Assembly: GCA_050250895.1 (NCBI GenBank)
Contig: JBFWNU010000001.1
Location: 3,648,149-3,712,148, forward strand
DNA from: Vulcanimicrobiota bacterium
GTDB lineage: Bacteria; Vulcanimicrobiota; Xenobia; Xenobiales; JADMJV01
DNA: 64,000 nucleotides
Reading direction: 5' to 3'
Shown here: piece by piece, positions 56,050 through 64,000 of the stretch
Position numbering within the stretch: position 1 is the first letter of the stretch
Layout of the letters: every line of letters begins with the position of its first letter
The notes under the pieces: generated by a model
Seen by the model: only the letters and a program-made list of their open reading frames with translations
What the model was told of the DNA's origin: nothing
Database searches by the model: none
Position numbers and translations under genes: made by a program

Positions 56050-57363
56050 CTAGTCTGAAAGATAGTCTTTGAGGGCCCGATAATAGATGCGCAGAGCCGG
56101 TTCGAACTCGGCCACCGGCAGTCGTTCGTTGTCGCTGTGGGCCGAGAAGATCAGGCTCGCATCGAGGATCATGGGGAAGAAGCCGTAAGCCCTGGCGCCT
56201 TTGAGTCGAAAGGCGTTAGAATCGGTGCCGAAGGGCACCAGATAAGGGGTGACCACCGCCTCGGGATGCTCCGTCTTGATGGCCTTTTCGAGCGAGCGAA
56301 AGAGGGGTGTTTCCCACGAGCTGACCGGAGTGTTGCCCATGGCGTAGAGAACCTCGAACTCGACCCCCTCGAGTCCCTCCAATCGGCGGCGAATCTCGGC
56401 CTCGAAGGCCGGCAGGTCGGTGTCGGGCAACAGCCGGATGTCCAGCGTCGCTTCGGCCAGTGACGGGATCACGTTGACCTTCGGCGGGTCACCTACTCCC
56501 GACCGCAACGAAGTGAGTGACATCGTATCGCGCACGACGGCGTTGGTGAAGGGGTTCTGGGCCAGCGGCCCGATGCGACGGCTCAATTCCTCGACCAGCG
56601 GACTTTGGCCGCTGCTGCCGATGCCGTCGAGCCGCTCCCAGGCTTCGAGCAAGCGCAGGTTGGGATTGTCGGCTCTCGGCTGCGAGCCGTGGCCGGCGTG
56701 GCCGGTGGCTTTGAGTTTGCACCACAGGATCTTCTTCTCGGCGCACGAGATAGCATAGACCAGCCGGCCGTCGGCGCCCAGCAAGTCGCGAGTGCCCGAG
56801 CCTCCCTCGTCGAGCACATAGTCGGCCTTGACCTTGTCGAAGTGCTGCTCGAGCAAGAACTGCGCCCCGTCTTCACCCCCCGTCTCTTCATCGGCGGTGG
56901 CCAGCAAAATCAGGTCGTGGGCGAGGGGCGCGCCCTCTCGCTTGAGGGCCAGGAAGGTGAGCAGCTGGACGACTCCCACCCCTTTCATGTCGAGCGAGCC
57001 CCGGCCGTAGAGATAGCCGTCTTTCACCGCGCCCGAGAAGGGGTCGACCGGCCAACGACTGGCGTCGGCCGGGACCACATCCATGTGGTGCAGCAAGACC
57101 ACGGCGCCCTCGCGGCTCTGGCCCGGCAGGCGAGCCACCAGGTTGACCTTGTTGGGCACCGACTCGAACCGCTCTACCGCGATTCCCTCGGCTTCGAGCA
57201 ACTTCTGGACGAAATCGGCCGAGGCCCGCGTATCGGCCGGTGGGTTGACGGTGGCCAGACGAACATATTCGCCCAGCAGCTGTTCGGCCCGTTTGGCCTC
57301 GGCCGCAAAGTCGGGCTCGGCCCAGGCCGGAGCAATCAAGAGAAGCAGAAGTAACCAGCGCAT
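56050..57363 (-). CDS. M20/M25/M40 family metallo-hydrolase, secreted
   Basis: Signal peptide; HHMDVVP, GRGSLDMKG, DEETGG, DEGG, GHGS, GTDS and HSDNER. Confidence 0.92.
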   Translation of the reverse strand: MRWLLLLLLIAPAWAEPDFAAEAKRAEQLLGEYVRLATVNPPADTRASADFVQKLLEAEGIAVERFESVPNKVNLVARLPGQSREGAVVLLHHMDVVPADASRWPVDPFSGAVKDGYLYGRGSLDMKGVGVVQLLTFLALKREGAPLAHDLILLATADEETGGEDGAQFLLEQHFDKVKADYVLDEGGSGTRDLLGADGRLVYAISCAEKKILWCKLKATGHAGHGSQPRADNPNLRLLEAWERLDGIGSSGQSPLVEELSRRIGPLAQNPFTNAVVRDTMSLTSLRSGVGDPPKVNVIPSLAEATLDIRLLPDTDLPAFEAEIRRRLEGLEGVEFEVLYAMGNTPVSSWETPLFRSLEKAIKTEHPEAVVTPYLVPFGTDSNAFRLKGARAYGFFPMILDASLIFSAHSDNERLPVAEFEPALRIYYRALKDYLSD

Positions 57364-57462
57364 CGCCAGCCCTTCCACCGTTGCCGCCGGGCTCCTTTAT
57401 GGGGATTCAGCTTTGCTCCGCTCTCCGGGCCTGGCGATTCTCGCGAGTTCAGTCGTCCCGAG

Positions 57463-59008
57463 GGAGTACGGCGCCGTGGAGCGCCGAATTCGGCACCTGG
57501 TGGTGCCCTTACTCGCCAAGCCCAGGCCAAGCCCAGGCCAAGTCCAGGCCAAGCCGGGCGTACGGCGCTGGGGAGCGCCGAATTCGGCACCAGGTGGCGC
57601 CGTACTCGCCAAGCCCAGGCCAAGCCCAGGCCAAGCCCAGGCCAAGCCCAGGCCAAGCCAGACCAAGCCCAGGCCAAGCCGGGCGTACGGCGCCGTGGAG
57701 CGCCGAATTCGGCACCAGGTGGTGCCGTACTCGCCAAGCTCAGGCCAAGCCCAGGCCAAGCCCAGGTCGGGCCGGGCGTACGGCGCTGGGGAGCGCCGAA
57801 TTCGGCACCAGGTGGCGCCGTACTCGCCAAGCCCAGGCCAAAGCCCAGGCCAAGCCCAGGCCAAGCCCAGGCCAAGCCAGACCAAGCCCAGGCCAAGCCG
57901 GGCGTACGGCGCCGTGGAGCGCCGAATTCGGCACCAGGTGGTGCCGTACTCGCCAAGCCCAGGCCAAGCCCAGGCCAAGCCCAGGCCAAGCCGGGCGTAC
58001 GGCGCCGTGGAACGCCGAATTCGGCACCAGGTGGTGCCGTACTCGCCAAGCCCAGGCCAAGCCCAGGCCAAGCCGGGCGTACGGCGCCGTGGAGCGCCGA
58101 ACTCGGCACCAGGTGGTGCCGTACTCGCCAAGCCCAGGTGAGGCCGGGCGTACGGCGCCGTGGAGCGCCGAATTCGGCACCAGGTGGTGCCGTACTCGCC
58201 AAGCTCAGGGCGGGCCGGGCGTACGGCGCTGGGTAGCGCCGAATTCGGCACCAGGTGGCGCCGTACTCGCCAAGCCCAGGCCAAGCCGGGCGTACGGCGC
58301 CGTGGAGCGCCGAATTCGGCACCAGGTGGTGCCGTACTCGCCAAGTCCAGGCCAAGCCGGGCGTACGGCGCTGGGTAGCGCCGAATTCGGCACCAGGTGG
58401 CGCCGTACTCGCCAAGCTCAGGTCGGGCCGGGCGTACGGCGCCGTGGAGCGCCGAATTCGGCACCAGGTGGTGCCGTACTCGCCAAGCCCAGGCCAAGCC
58501 GGTCGTACGGCGCTGGGGAGCGCCGGATTCGGCACCAGGTGGTGCCGTACTCGCCAAGCCCAGGCCAAGCCGGGCGTACGGCGCTGGGTAGCGCCGAATT
58601 CGGCACCAGGTGGCGCCGTACTCGCCAAGCCCAGGCCAAGCCGGGCGTACGGCGCCGTGGAGCGCCGAATTCGGCACCAGGTGGTGCCGTACTCGCCAAG
58701 CCCAGGTGAGGCCGGGGTCTCGCCAAGCCCAGGTCAGGCAGGGCGTACGGCGCTGGGGAGCGCCGAATTCGGCACCAGGTGGCGCCGTACTCGCCAAGCC
58801 CAGGTCAAGCCCAGGTCAAGCCCAGGTCAAGCCCAGGCCAAGTCCAGGCCAAGCCGGGCGTACGGCGCTGGGTAGCGCCGAATTCGGCACCAGGTGGTGC
58901 CGTACTCGCCAAGCCCAGGTCAAGCCCAGGCCATGCCCAGGCCAAGCCAGGCGTACAGCGCTGGGTAGCGCCGAATTCGGCACCTGATGGCGCCGTACTC
59001 GCCAAGCC
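57463..59008 (-). repeat. Tandem array 2 of the same palindromic unit in reverse orientation (18 units) with 11-bp microsatellite linkers
   Basis: Core GGGCGTACGGCGCYGKGKAGCGCCGAATTCGGCACCAGGTGGYGCCGTACTCG is the reverse complement of the array 1 core. Linkers are (CCAAGCCCAGG)n with n about 1-6. Confidence 0.97.
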
Positions 59009-59106
59009 GCCGGGAGGGGCCCCGGAATCTGTGCGGAACGCTCGGACGTGTTCTCCAATCCGCAAACCAGGCCGTTTTGCCTCGAGGCACTCGAGGATTG
59101 GCGGGG

Positions 59107-60006
59107 ATGAGTTCGCGCCTGGTCAAGAAAGCGTGTCAGCATCTGGGGCGGCTGGGGCGCGACCACCGCACCCTGGTCTTTCTCAAGAGCGGGGGGCAAT
59201 TGACCGTGCGGGCCATGCGGAACTTCCCTCACGCCAACCTGGACGACGAAGCGATCGCCTGGCTCATCGCCGAGGTCGAACAGAAAGGCAAACCGGTGTT
59301 GGTGCTCGATGCCCATCAAGACGAACGTTTTCGCGGCCTACCTCAGCCTGGTTTTCGGGCCGCGGTGTGCGCTCCGATTTTACGCGAGGGCGAGCTGATC
59401 GGGCTGCTCTATGTCGACGCCCCTCAGCCGGGCGCTTTCTCCTACGCCAATCTGTCCGAGTTCGAGAGCTATGGCGTCGAGCTGGGGGGGCACCTAAAAG
59501 CCGAAGTGCCCGTCACGCCACCAGCCCAGGCGTCACTCCAACAGCCTTTCGTGGGCGGATGGCCGCTGGTGGTGTGTGGGTTGGCGGCCTTCATCCTCCT
59601 GTTGGCGCTGCTATTAGGCTGGGGCAAGAAGCCGCCCCCCCCTCCACCCAAAAGCCAGCTGCCCACCCTCGAGACGGCCGGACCCGAGACCATCGCTCGG
59701 AGCTTCCTGAGCGCCCTTCAGGGTAGCCAACTCGGGACCGCCTACGAGTTACTCTCGCCGCGCCTGCGCGAGAAACTGACGCGAGAGCAGTTCGAGCAGC
59801 GGGTCAAAACCTGGCTGAGTCAGGGCAAGAACGCCTGGGAACTTCAGTATCGCCGGCCCGCCGTCGAAGAGCAGGACGACTCGAAGTGCGTGCTGGCTCT
59901 CGAGCGAATCGGTCCCGAACAGGCTAAGAGTTGGCACTGGCGACTGGTGAAGACCCCCACCGGCTGGACTCTCGACCGTCTCGAGGGAGGCCCCGTGCTC
60001 GAATAG
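59107..60006 (+). CDS. GAF-domain membrane protein with extracytoplasmic NTF2-like domain
   Basis: DAHQDERF..AVCAPI..GELIGLLYVD GAF motif, one TM, and ARSFL.AL..AYELLSP.LR. Confidence 0.72.
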   Translation: MSSRLVKKACQHLGRLGRDHRTLVFLKSGGQLTVRAMRNFPHANLDDEAIAWLIAEVEQKGKPVLVLDAHQDERFRGLPQPGFRAAVCAPILREGELIGLLYVDAPQPGAFSYANLSEFESYGVELGGHLKAEVPVTPPAQASLQQPFVGGWPLVVCGLAAFILLLALLLGWGKKPPPPPPKSQLPTLETAGPETIARSFLSALQGSQLGTAYELLSPRLREKLTREQFEQRVKTWLSQGKNAWELQYRRPAVEEQDDSKCVLALERIGPEQAKSWHWRLVKTPTGWTLDRLEGGPVLE

Positions 60007-60021
60007 GCGGAAGAACCCGGG

Positions 60022-60423
60022 GTGAGCAGGTCTGACCGGGGCATCAGTTTGCTTCTCGAGATTGTGTTTGGTCTGGGCATCTTTGCGGTGGCGCTTTTGC
60101 TGGTCTTTGGCGTATTCGTGACCACGCGCCGCTCGTCGACCCAGGCCCGCAACTATTCGTTGGCCCTGCATCTGGCCCGCGATACCCTGGAGCGAGAGGC
60201 CTCAAAAGCCTATGCCGGGGTGGTGGCCATTCCTCCACCGGGCAATCTGGTGACGGTCCCCACCCTGGTGAACGGCCAACCCGGCCAGGTGGTCTTCAAT
60301 GTTACCCTGGATGTCAACGAGACGGTGGTCAACGAACGCAAAGAGGTCAGGGTCACGGCCGCCTGGAGCGAGCAAGGTATCGATCGCAAGGTCGAGTTAG
60401 AGACGTATGTGGTCAATCCGTAG
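60022..60423 (+). CDS. PilV-like minor pilin
   Basis: DRG|ISLLLEIVFG prepilin-like N-terminus and VRVTAAW. Confidence 0.7.
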   Translation: MSRSDRGISLLLEIVFGLGIFAVALLLVFGVFVTTRRSSTQARNYSLALHLARDTLEREASKAYAGVVAIPPPGNLVTVPTLVNGQPGQVVFNVTLDVNETVVNERKEVRVTAAWSEQGIDRKVELETYVVNP

Positions 60424-61012
60424 ACGAGCGTTTAGCCTGGTCGAGGTAGCGGTGGCGATGGGCCTGTTGCTGGGCCTGCTCGGCAGCCTTTATCTCTTGG
60501 TGCTGGCCGGCCTTCGCTACTTTCAGCAGGGCGAGGTGTCGCAAACGGTGCAGCAGCAGGCAGGGCTGGGGCTGCGCCGACTCAACGACGACTTGAGCAT
60601 GTCGAACCTGGCCACCGTGACCTACGGGCCGGGCCCCGACCATGTGTTCTTCTTGAGCCCCCTCAAGACCAGCGATCAGCCCGACTATCGCCTCTACACC
60701 TATGACGCCTCGGGCAACCTCGAGTGGCATAGTTGGATCGGCTACGTCTTGAATCCTAATGGAGACCTGGTGCGCTACGAGGTGGACCCGGGCGGTCCCA
60801 CCCTGGTGCCGCCGGTGCCAGCGGTGCCGGCCCTGGCGACCTTCACGGCCTCAGCCATCAATCGCGTGGTGGCCCGCAACGTGTCTAGCCTGGTGGTGAC
60901 CCCGGGAGCAACAGCCCAGACTTTGAGGTTGGACCTGACCGTGTCCGTGGCCACCGCCTCGGACAAGCGCACCGAACTGACGCTGGGTAGCCAGGTGAGG
61001 GTGCAGAATTAA
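60407..61012 (+). CDS. PilW-like minor pilin
   Basis: RRRA|FSLVEVAVAM prepilin motif, RRLNDDL and RVVARNV. Confidence 0.75.
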   Translation: MWSIRRRAFSLVEVAVAMGLLLGLLGSLYLLVLAGLRYFQQGEVSQTVQQQAGLGLRRLNDDLSMSNLATVTYGPGPDHVFFLSPLKTSDQPDYRLYTYDASGNLEWHSWIGYVLNPNGDLVRYEVDPGGPTLVPPVPAVPALATFTASAINRVVARNVSSLVVTPGATAQTLRLDLTVSVATASDKRTELTLGSQVRVQN

Positions 61013-62191
61013 CTAAAATCGCTGATAGCTGGCCACGGTGGCGGTGGTCGAGCCGCCGCCGGCAGCCGCGCCGCCGCTGGCAGGGTCGAAGTGCACTCTC
61101 GTGTTGCCGCTGAGGTCGAGCGACTGTCCCACCAGGTTGCCGAAAACCGCGGAACTGCCCGTCAGGGTGACCGGTGAGTCGGGAGCGTAGAGCACGTAGT
61201 AGGCGGCTGCGGCGCCGTTGAGCGAGACGTCGCCAGACTCGACGAAGAATTTCAGATTGGTAGGTAGCTTGGTCTGATTGACCACCGCTCCCACATTGAC
61301 CGTGGCTCCGTTGGCGATGTAGATCTCGGTCGCGTCGGAAACGATCAGCTTGCAATCGCCGTCGAGGAGAAGGCTGTTGAAAACGTAAGTGCCCGGCGCC
61401 AGCACCAGCTGCCCACTGGCGGTAATGTGGACATCTCCAAAGGTTCCGGGATTGATGTTGAGGATATCGACTCCGTCGACCGTGACCGGAGGAGCGCTGC
61501 TGGGATCGTCGGGCAGCACCACCGGGTCCAGCGGGATGGGGCCACTGAGCGTGCCCTGAACGCCGGTGACCATGGAGGGGTTGTCGAGGGCGAAGGCGGT
61601 GCTGGGAGCGCCTGGTCCCACATTGGCGTCGCCCTGAATCGACGAGCCGCCCGTAATGGTGATGGCGCCGTCGGCGATGGAATTGGTCGCGACGCTGGCG
61701 GGGTCGGGTAGAAGAACCTCGGTAACGGGATCCATCGAGTCGATGGCGCCGCTGCCCGAGAGGCTGATGGAGTCTCTAGCCACCACTGCGAAATCGAGGG
61801 TTCCGACCCCGATCTTCACCAGCAAGCCCACTTGCCGAGCCGACCCGTTAGGGCTGCGACCGGTCGAAAGCACGTAGACGTGACCCGAGGGTACGTTGGC
61901 TCCGTTGGGGGGAGGGGCACCGCCGGAGGGGTAGACCCCGACGTCGAAGGAGCCTCCGTCGGGCAGGGTTTGCACCGACCCAAAGCCGGGCCAGTTGCTA
62001 TCGTTGGAGAGTTCGACCAGGGCGGCCCGTGCGCCGGCTTCGGCGGCGAAATAGGCTTTTTCGCTCTGGACGCTGCTAAAGCTGCGGTTGAGGTCGTTCG
62101 AGCCCATCATGACCAGGGCTCCGGCGATGACGGCCACCAGGGCGACCCCCATCAGGACTACTACGATGGCTATGCCTCGGTTGCGTGTCAC
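61013..62191 (-). CDS. PilX-like minor pilin with C-terminal beta-helix-like domain
   Basis: RNRG|IAIVVVL (no Glu+5), AYFAAEAG, VLSTG and PGTY..YAPDS.V.L.G..FGNLVG. Confidence 0.75.
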   Translation of the reverse strand: MTRNRGIAIVVVLMGVALVAVIAGALVMMGSNDLNRSFSSVQSEKAYFAAEAGARAALVELSNDSNWPGFGSVQTLPDGGSFDVGVYPSGGAPPPNGANVPSGHVYVLSTGRSPNGSARQVGLLVKIGVGTLDFAVVARDSISLSGSGAIDSMDPVTEVLLPDPASVATNSIADGAITITGGSSIQGDANVGPGAPSTAFALDNPSMVTGVQGTLSGPIPLDPVVLPDDPSSAPPVTVDGVDILNINPGTFGDVHITASGQLVLAPGTYVFNSLLLDGDCKLIVSDATEIYIANGATVNVGAVVNQTKLPTNLKFFVESGDVSLNGAAAAYYVLYAPDSPVTLTGSSAVFGNLVGQSLDLSGNTRVHFDPASGGAAAGGGSTTATVASYQRF

Positions 62192-62214
62192 CTTGCTAAG
62201 GATAACAGAAAGTT

Positions 62215-63999
62215 CTAGCCGCGACCAACCAGTTGCGAGACGCGCTGGTCGGGAAGGGGTTTGGAGTAGAGAAATCCCTGAGCCAGTTTGCAGCCGTGCT
62301 CGCTTAGGAAGGCAACTTGCTCTTCGGTTTCGACCCCCTCGGCCAGGGGAGGGATGCTCAGGCTCTCGGCCAGACCGATGACCGCGCGACAGAGCGCCGC
62401 CGAGTGGGGATCGGCTGGCAGACGGGCCACCAGGGAGTGGTCGATCTTGAGGAAGCGTACGCCTTGATAGCCCAGTTGGCGCAGCGACGAGTGGCCGCTG
62501 CCGAAGTCATCGATACCCAGCCCGATGCCCCCCTGGCTTAGCACCTCCAGCACCCGCTCGGTTTGGTCGGGAGCCAGATTATAGACGCTTTCGGGCACTT
62601 CAATGACCAGTTGATCGGCGGGAATGCCCTCTTCTTCGACGATGGCCAGGACGCGCTCGGCAAAGCCCGCGCTGATCAGTTGATGGGGCGAAACGTTCAC
62701 GGAGCAATAGAGCTGGGGAGGAAGGTTGGCCGCCCGTCGGCAGGCAGCCCGGATGGCCCACTCGCCCAGGGGGACGATCAGGCCGTAGTCCTGGGCCACT
62801 TCCAGAAAGTCACCGGGGCTCAGCAATCCGCGTTCGGGGTGTTCCCAGCGAAGCAATCCCTCGACGCCGACCACCTTGCGGTTCTCGATGGTCACGATCG
62901 GTTGGTAGTGCAGGCGCATCTGGCCGCCGTCGAGGGCGGTCCGCAGTTCGCTCTCGAGGGTCAACTGGGCTCGAATCTTCTGTTGAAGCTCGGGTGTGTA
63001 GAGTTCGACCCGGTTGCGGCCGGATTGTTTGGCGTGAAAGAGGGCGCGCTCGGCATTCTCGAGCAGGTCGGACCAGTCTTCGCCGTGGGTCGGGTTATAG
63101 CTGATGCCCACGCTGGCCGAGACCCTGACCGACTGGCCGGACAGCTCGAAGGGCACCGACAGGCTTTCGAGGGTTTGGCGGGCCAGCTCGCGCGCCTGGT
63201 CTTCAACCGAGCCGCCGGCCCAGGCTACCATCAGCACGAAAAACTCGTCTTCGCCGCGACGGCAGACCACTTCGGCCTGACAATCGCGCAAGCGGTCCGC
63301 CACCTGACAAAGCAGCTCGTCGCCGGTTTTCTGGCCGAGGGTATCGTTGACCACCCGAAATCGATCCAGGTCGACCACCAGCAGAGCCACCACCTGACCC
63401 TGCTCGAGCTTCGAGGCCACCACGCGAGGCAGCACGTTGGCATTGGCCAATCCGGTCAGGGGGTCCTCGAAGGCCAGCCGCTCGGTATCGCGGTCGGGGG
63501 CTGGAGCGGGCCCCGAGCCCGTCGCCAGCAGGCGATCCCGCTCGGCGGTCAGCTCGGCCAACTCTTGCTCGAGGGTGTTGGCCTTCCAGCGAGCCGCCTG
63601 CAACACTGTGCTGGCGCGCTTGGCCTCTTCTTGCTCTTGAGAGAGTTGCTCGCGCAGGCTGGCCACCTCCTCTTCGGAGTCGCGCAGCTTCTCTTCTAGC
63701 TCTTGCAGCTTTTCCACGGCCGGTCCGGCCTTCTCATAGATGCGGCGGAAGCGCTCGTTGGCCTCGTCGATCCGGCTCTGGGCCCGGGTCGCCCGCTCTT
63801 CGGCCTGGCGGGCGCTGGCTTCGGCCTCGAGCTGGCTCGACTCGGCCACTTCGGCTCGGGCGTCGGCGGCGGCAGCCCGAGCCTCGGCTTCTTCAGCCCG
63901 GCGCTCGAGTTCTTCCACTCCGGACATCTCATAGATGCGGCGAAAGCGGATATTCGCTTCGAGGGTCCGCTCTTCGGCGCGAGCAGCCGCACGCTCGGC
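62215..63999 (-). CDS. Coiled-coil plus GGDEF plus EAL protein, 5' end beyond the window
   Basis: DPLTGLAN, DLDRFRVVND, RGEDEF, EGLLRW, DDFGSGHSS, EGVET and QGFLYSKP. The frame stays open upstream of 63927 to the window edge. Confidence 0.9.
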   Translation of the reverse strand, partial: AERAAARAEERTLEANIRFRRIYEMSGVEELERRAEEAEARAAAADARAEVAESSQLEAEASARQAEERATRAQSRIDEANERFRRIYEKAGPAVEKLQELEEKLRDSEEEVASLREQLSQEQEEAKRASTVLQAARWKANTLEQELAELTAERDRLLATGSGPAPAPDRDTERLAFEDPLTGLANANVLPRVVASKLEQGQVVALLVVDLDRFRVVNDTLGQKTGDELLCQVADRLRDCQAEVVCRRGEDEFFVLMVAWAGGSVEDQARELARQTLESLSVPFELSGQSVRVSASVGISYNPTHGEDWSDLLENAERALFHAKQSGRNRVELYTPELQQKIRAQLTLESELRTALDGGQMRLHYQPIVTIENRKVVGVEGLLRWEHPERGLLSPGDFLEVAQDYGLIVPLGEWAIRAACRRAANLPPQLYCSVNVSPHQLISAGFAERVLAIVEEEGIPADQLVIEVPESVYNLAPDQTERVLEVLSQGGIGLGIDDFGSGHSSLRQLGYQGVRFLKIDHSLVARLPADPHSAALCRAVIGLAESLSIPPLAEGVETEEQVAFLSEHGCKLAQGFLYSKPLPDQRVSQLVGRG

Positions 64000-64000
64000 C

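Noticed and set aside
49094-59008. CRISPR or TIGR-like guide array interpretation of the two repeat arrays
   Set aside because: There are no unique spacers. The variable positions are a handful of recurring loop and linker variants, and no cas or Nop-domain gene was recognised nearby.
57083-59106. Long ORFs across array 2 and the extended N-terminus of the GAF gene
   Set aside because: Same repeat artefact. The GAF gene start was placed at ATG 59107, outside the array.

Overview
GC-rich bacterial chromosomal window with no rRNA, tRNA, CRISPR-cas or transposase gene recognised. About 1-20.7 kb and 37-42 kb carry general-stress/stationary-phase type genes: Zn-dehydrogenase, SRPBCC, TPP enzyme, SDR, ASRT, enolase-family enzyme, FAD/Fe-S oxidase, PfpI, DUF4142, glycogen debranching enzyme, glycosyltransferases, LigD phosphoesterase, MgtC, KatE and HtrA. 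26.3-36.9 kb is a complete alternative complex III plus caa3 oxidase operon. There are two minor-pilin clusters, a two-component pair and a GGDEF/EAL protein that runs off the end. The most striking non-coding feature is two long arrays of the same ~71-bp multi-palindromic REP/BIME-like unit (49.1-51.2 kb, 31 units; 57.5-59.0 kb, 18 units, counted by eye). They lie in opposite orientations around a 6.2-kb block holding a glycine-zipper protein, a HExxH metalloprotease with a coupled small gene (candidate toxin-immunity pair) and a 158-bp MITE with a TAA duplication. Also seen: a recurrent TAG[A/G]CT -10 motif, several leaderless genes, a FrpC self-processing-module-like domain with Thr-Pro at the cleavage position, and abundant CTCGAG. 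All family calls come from motif recognition without database searches.
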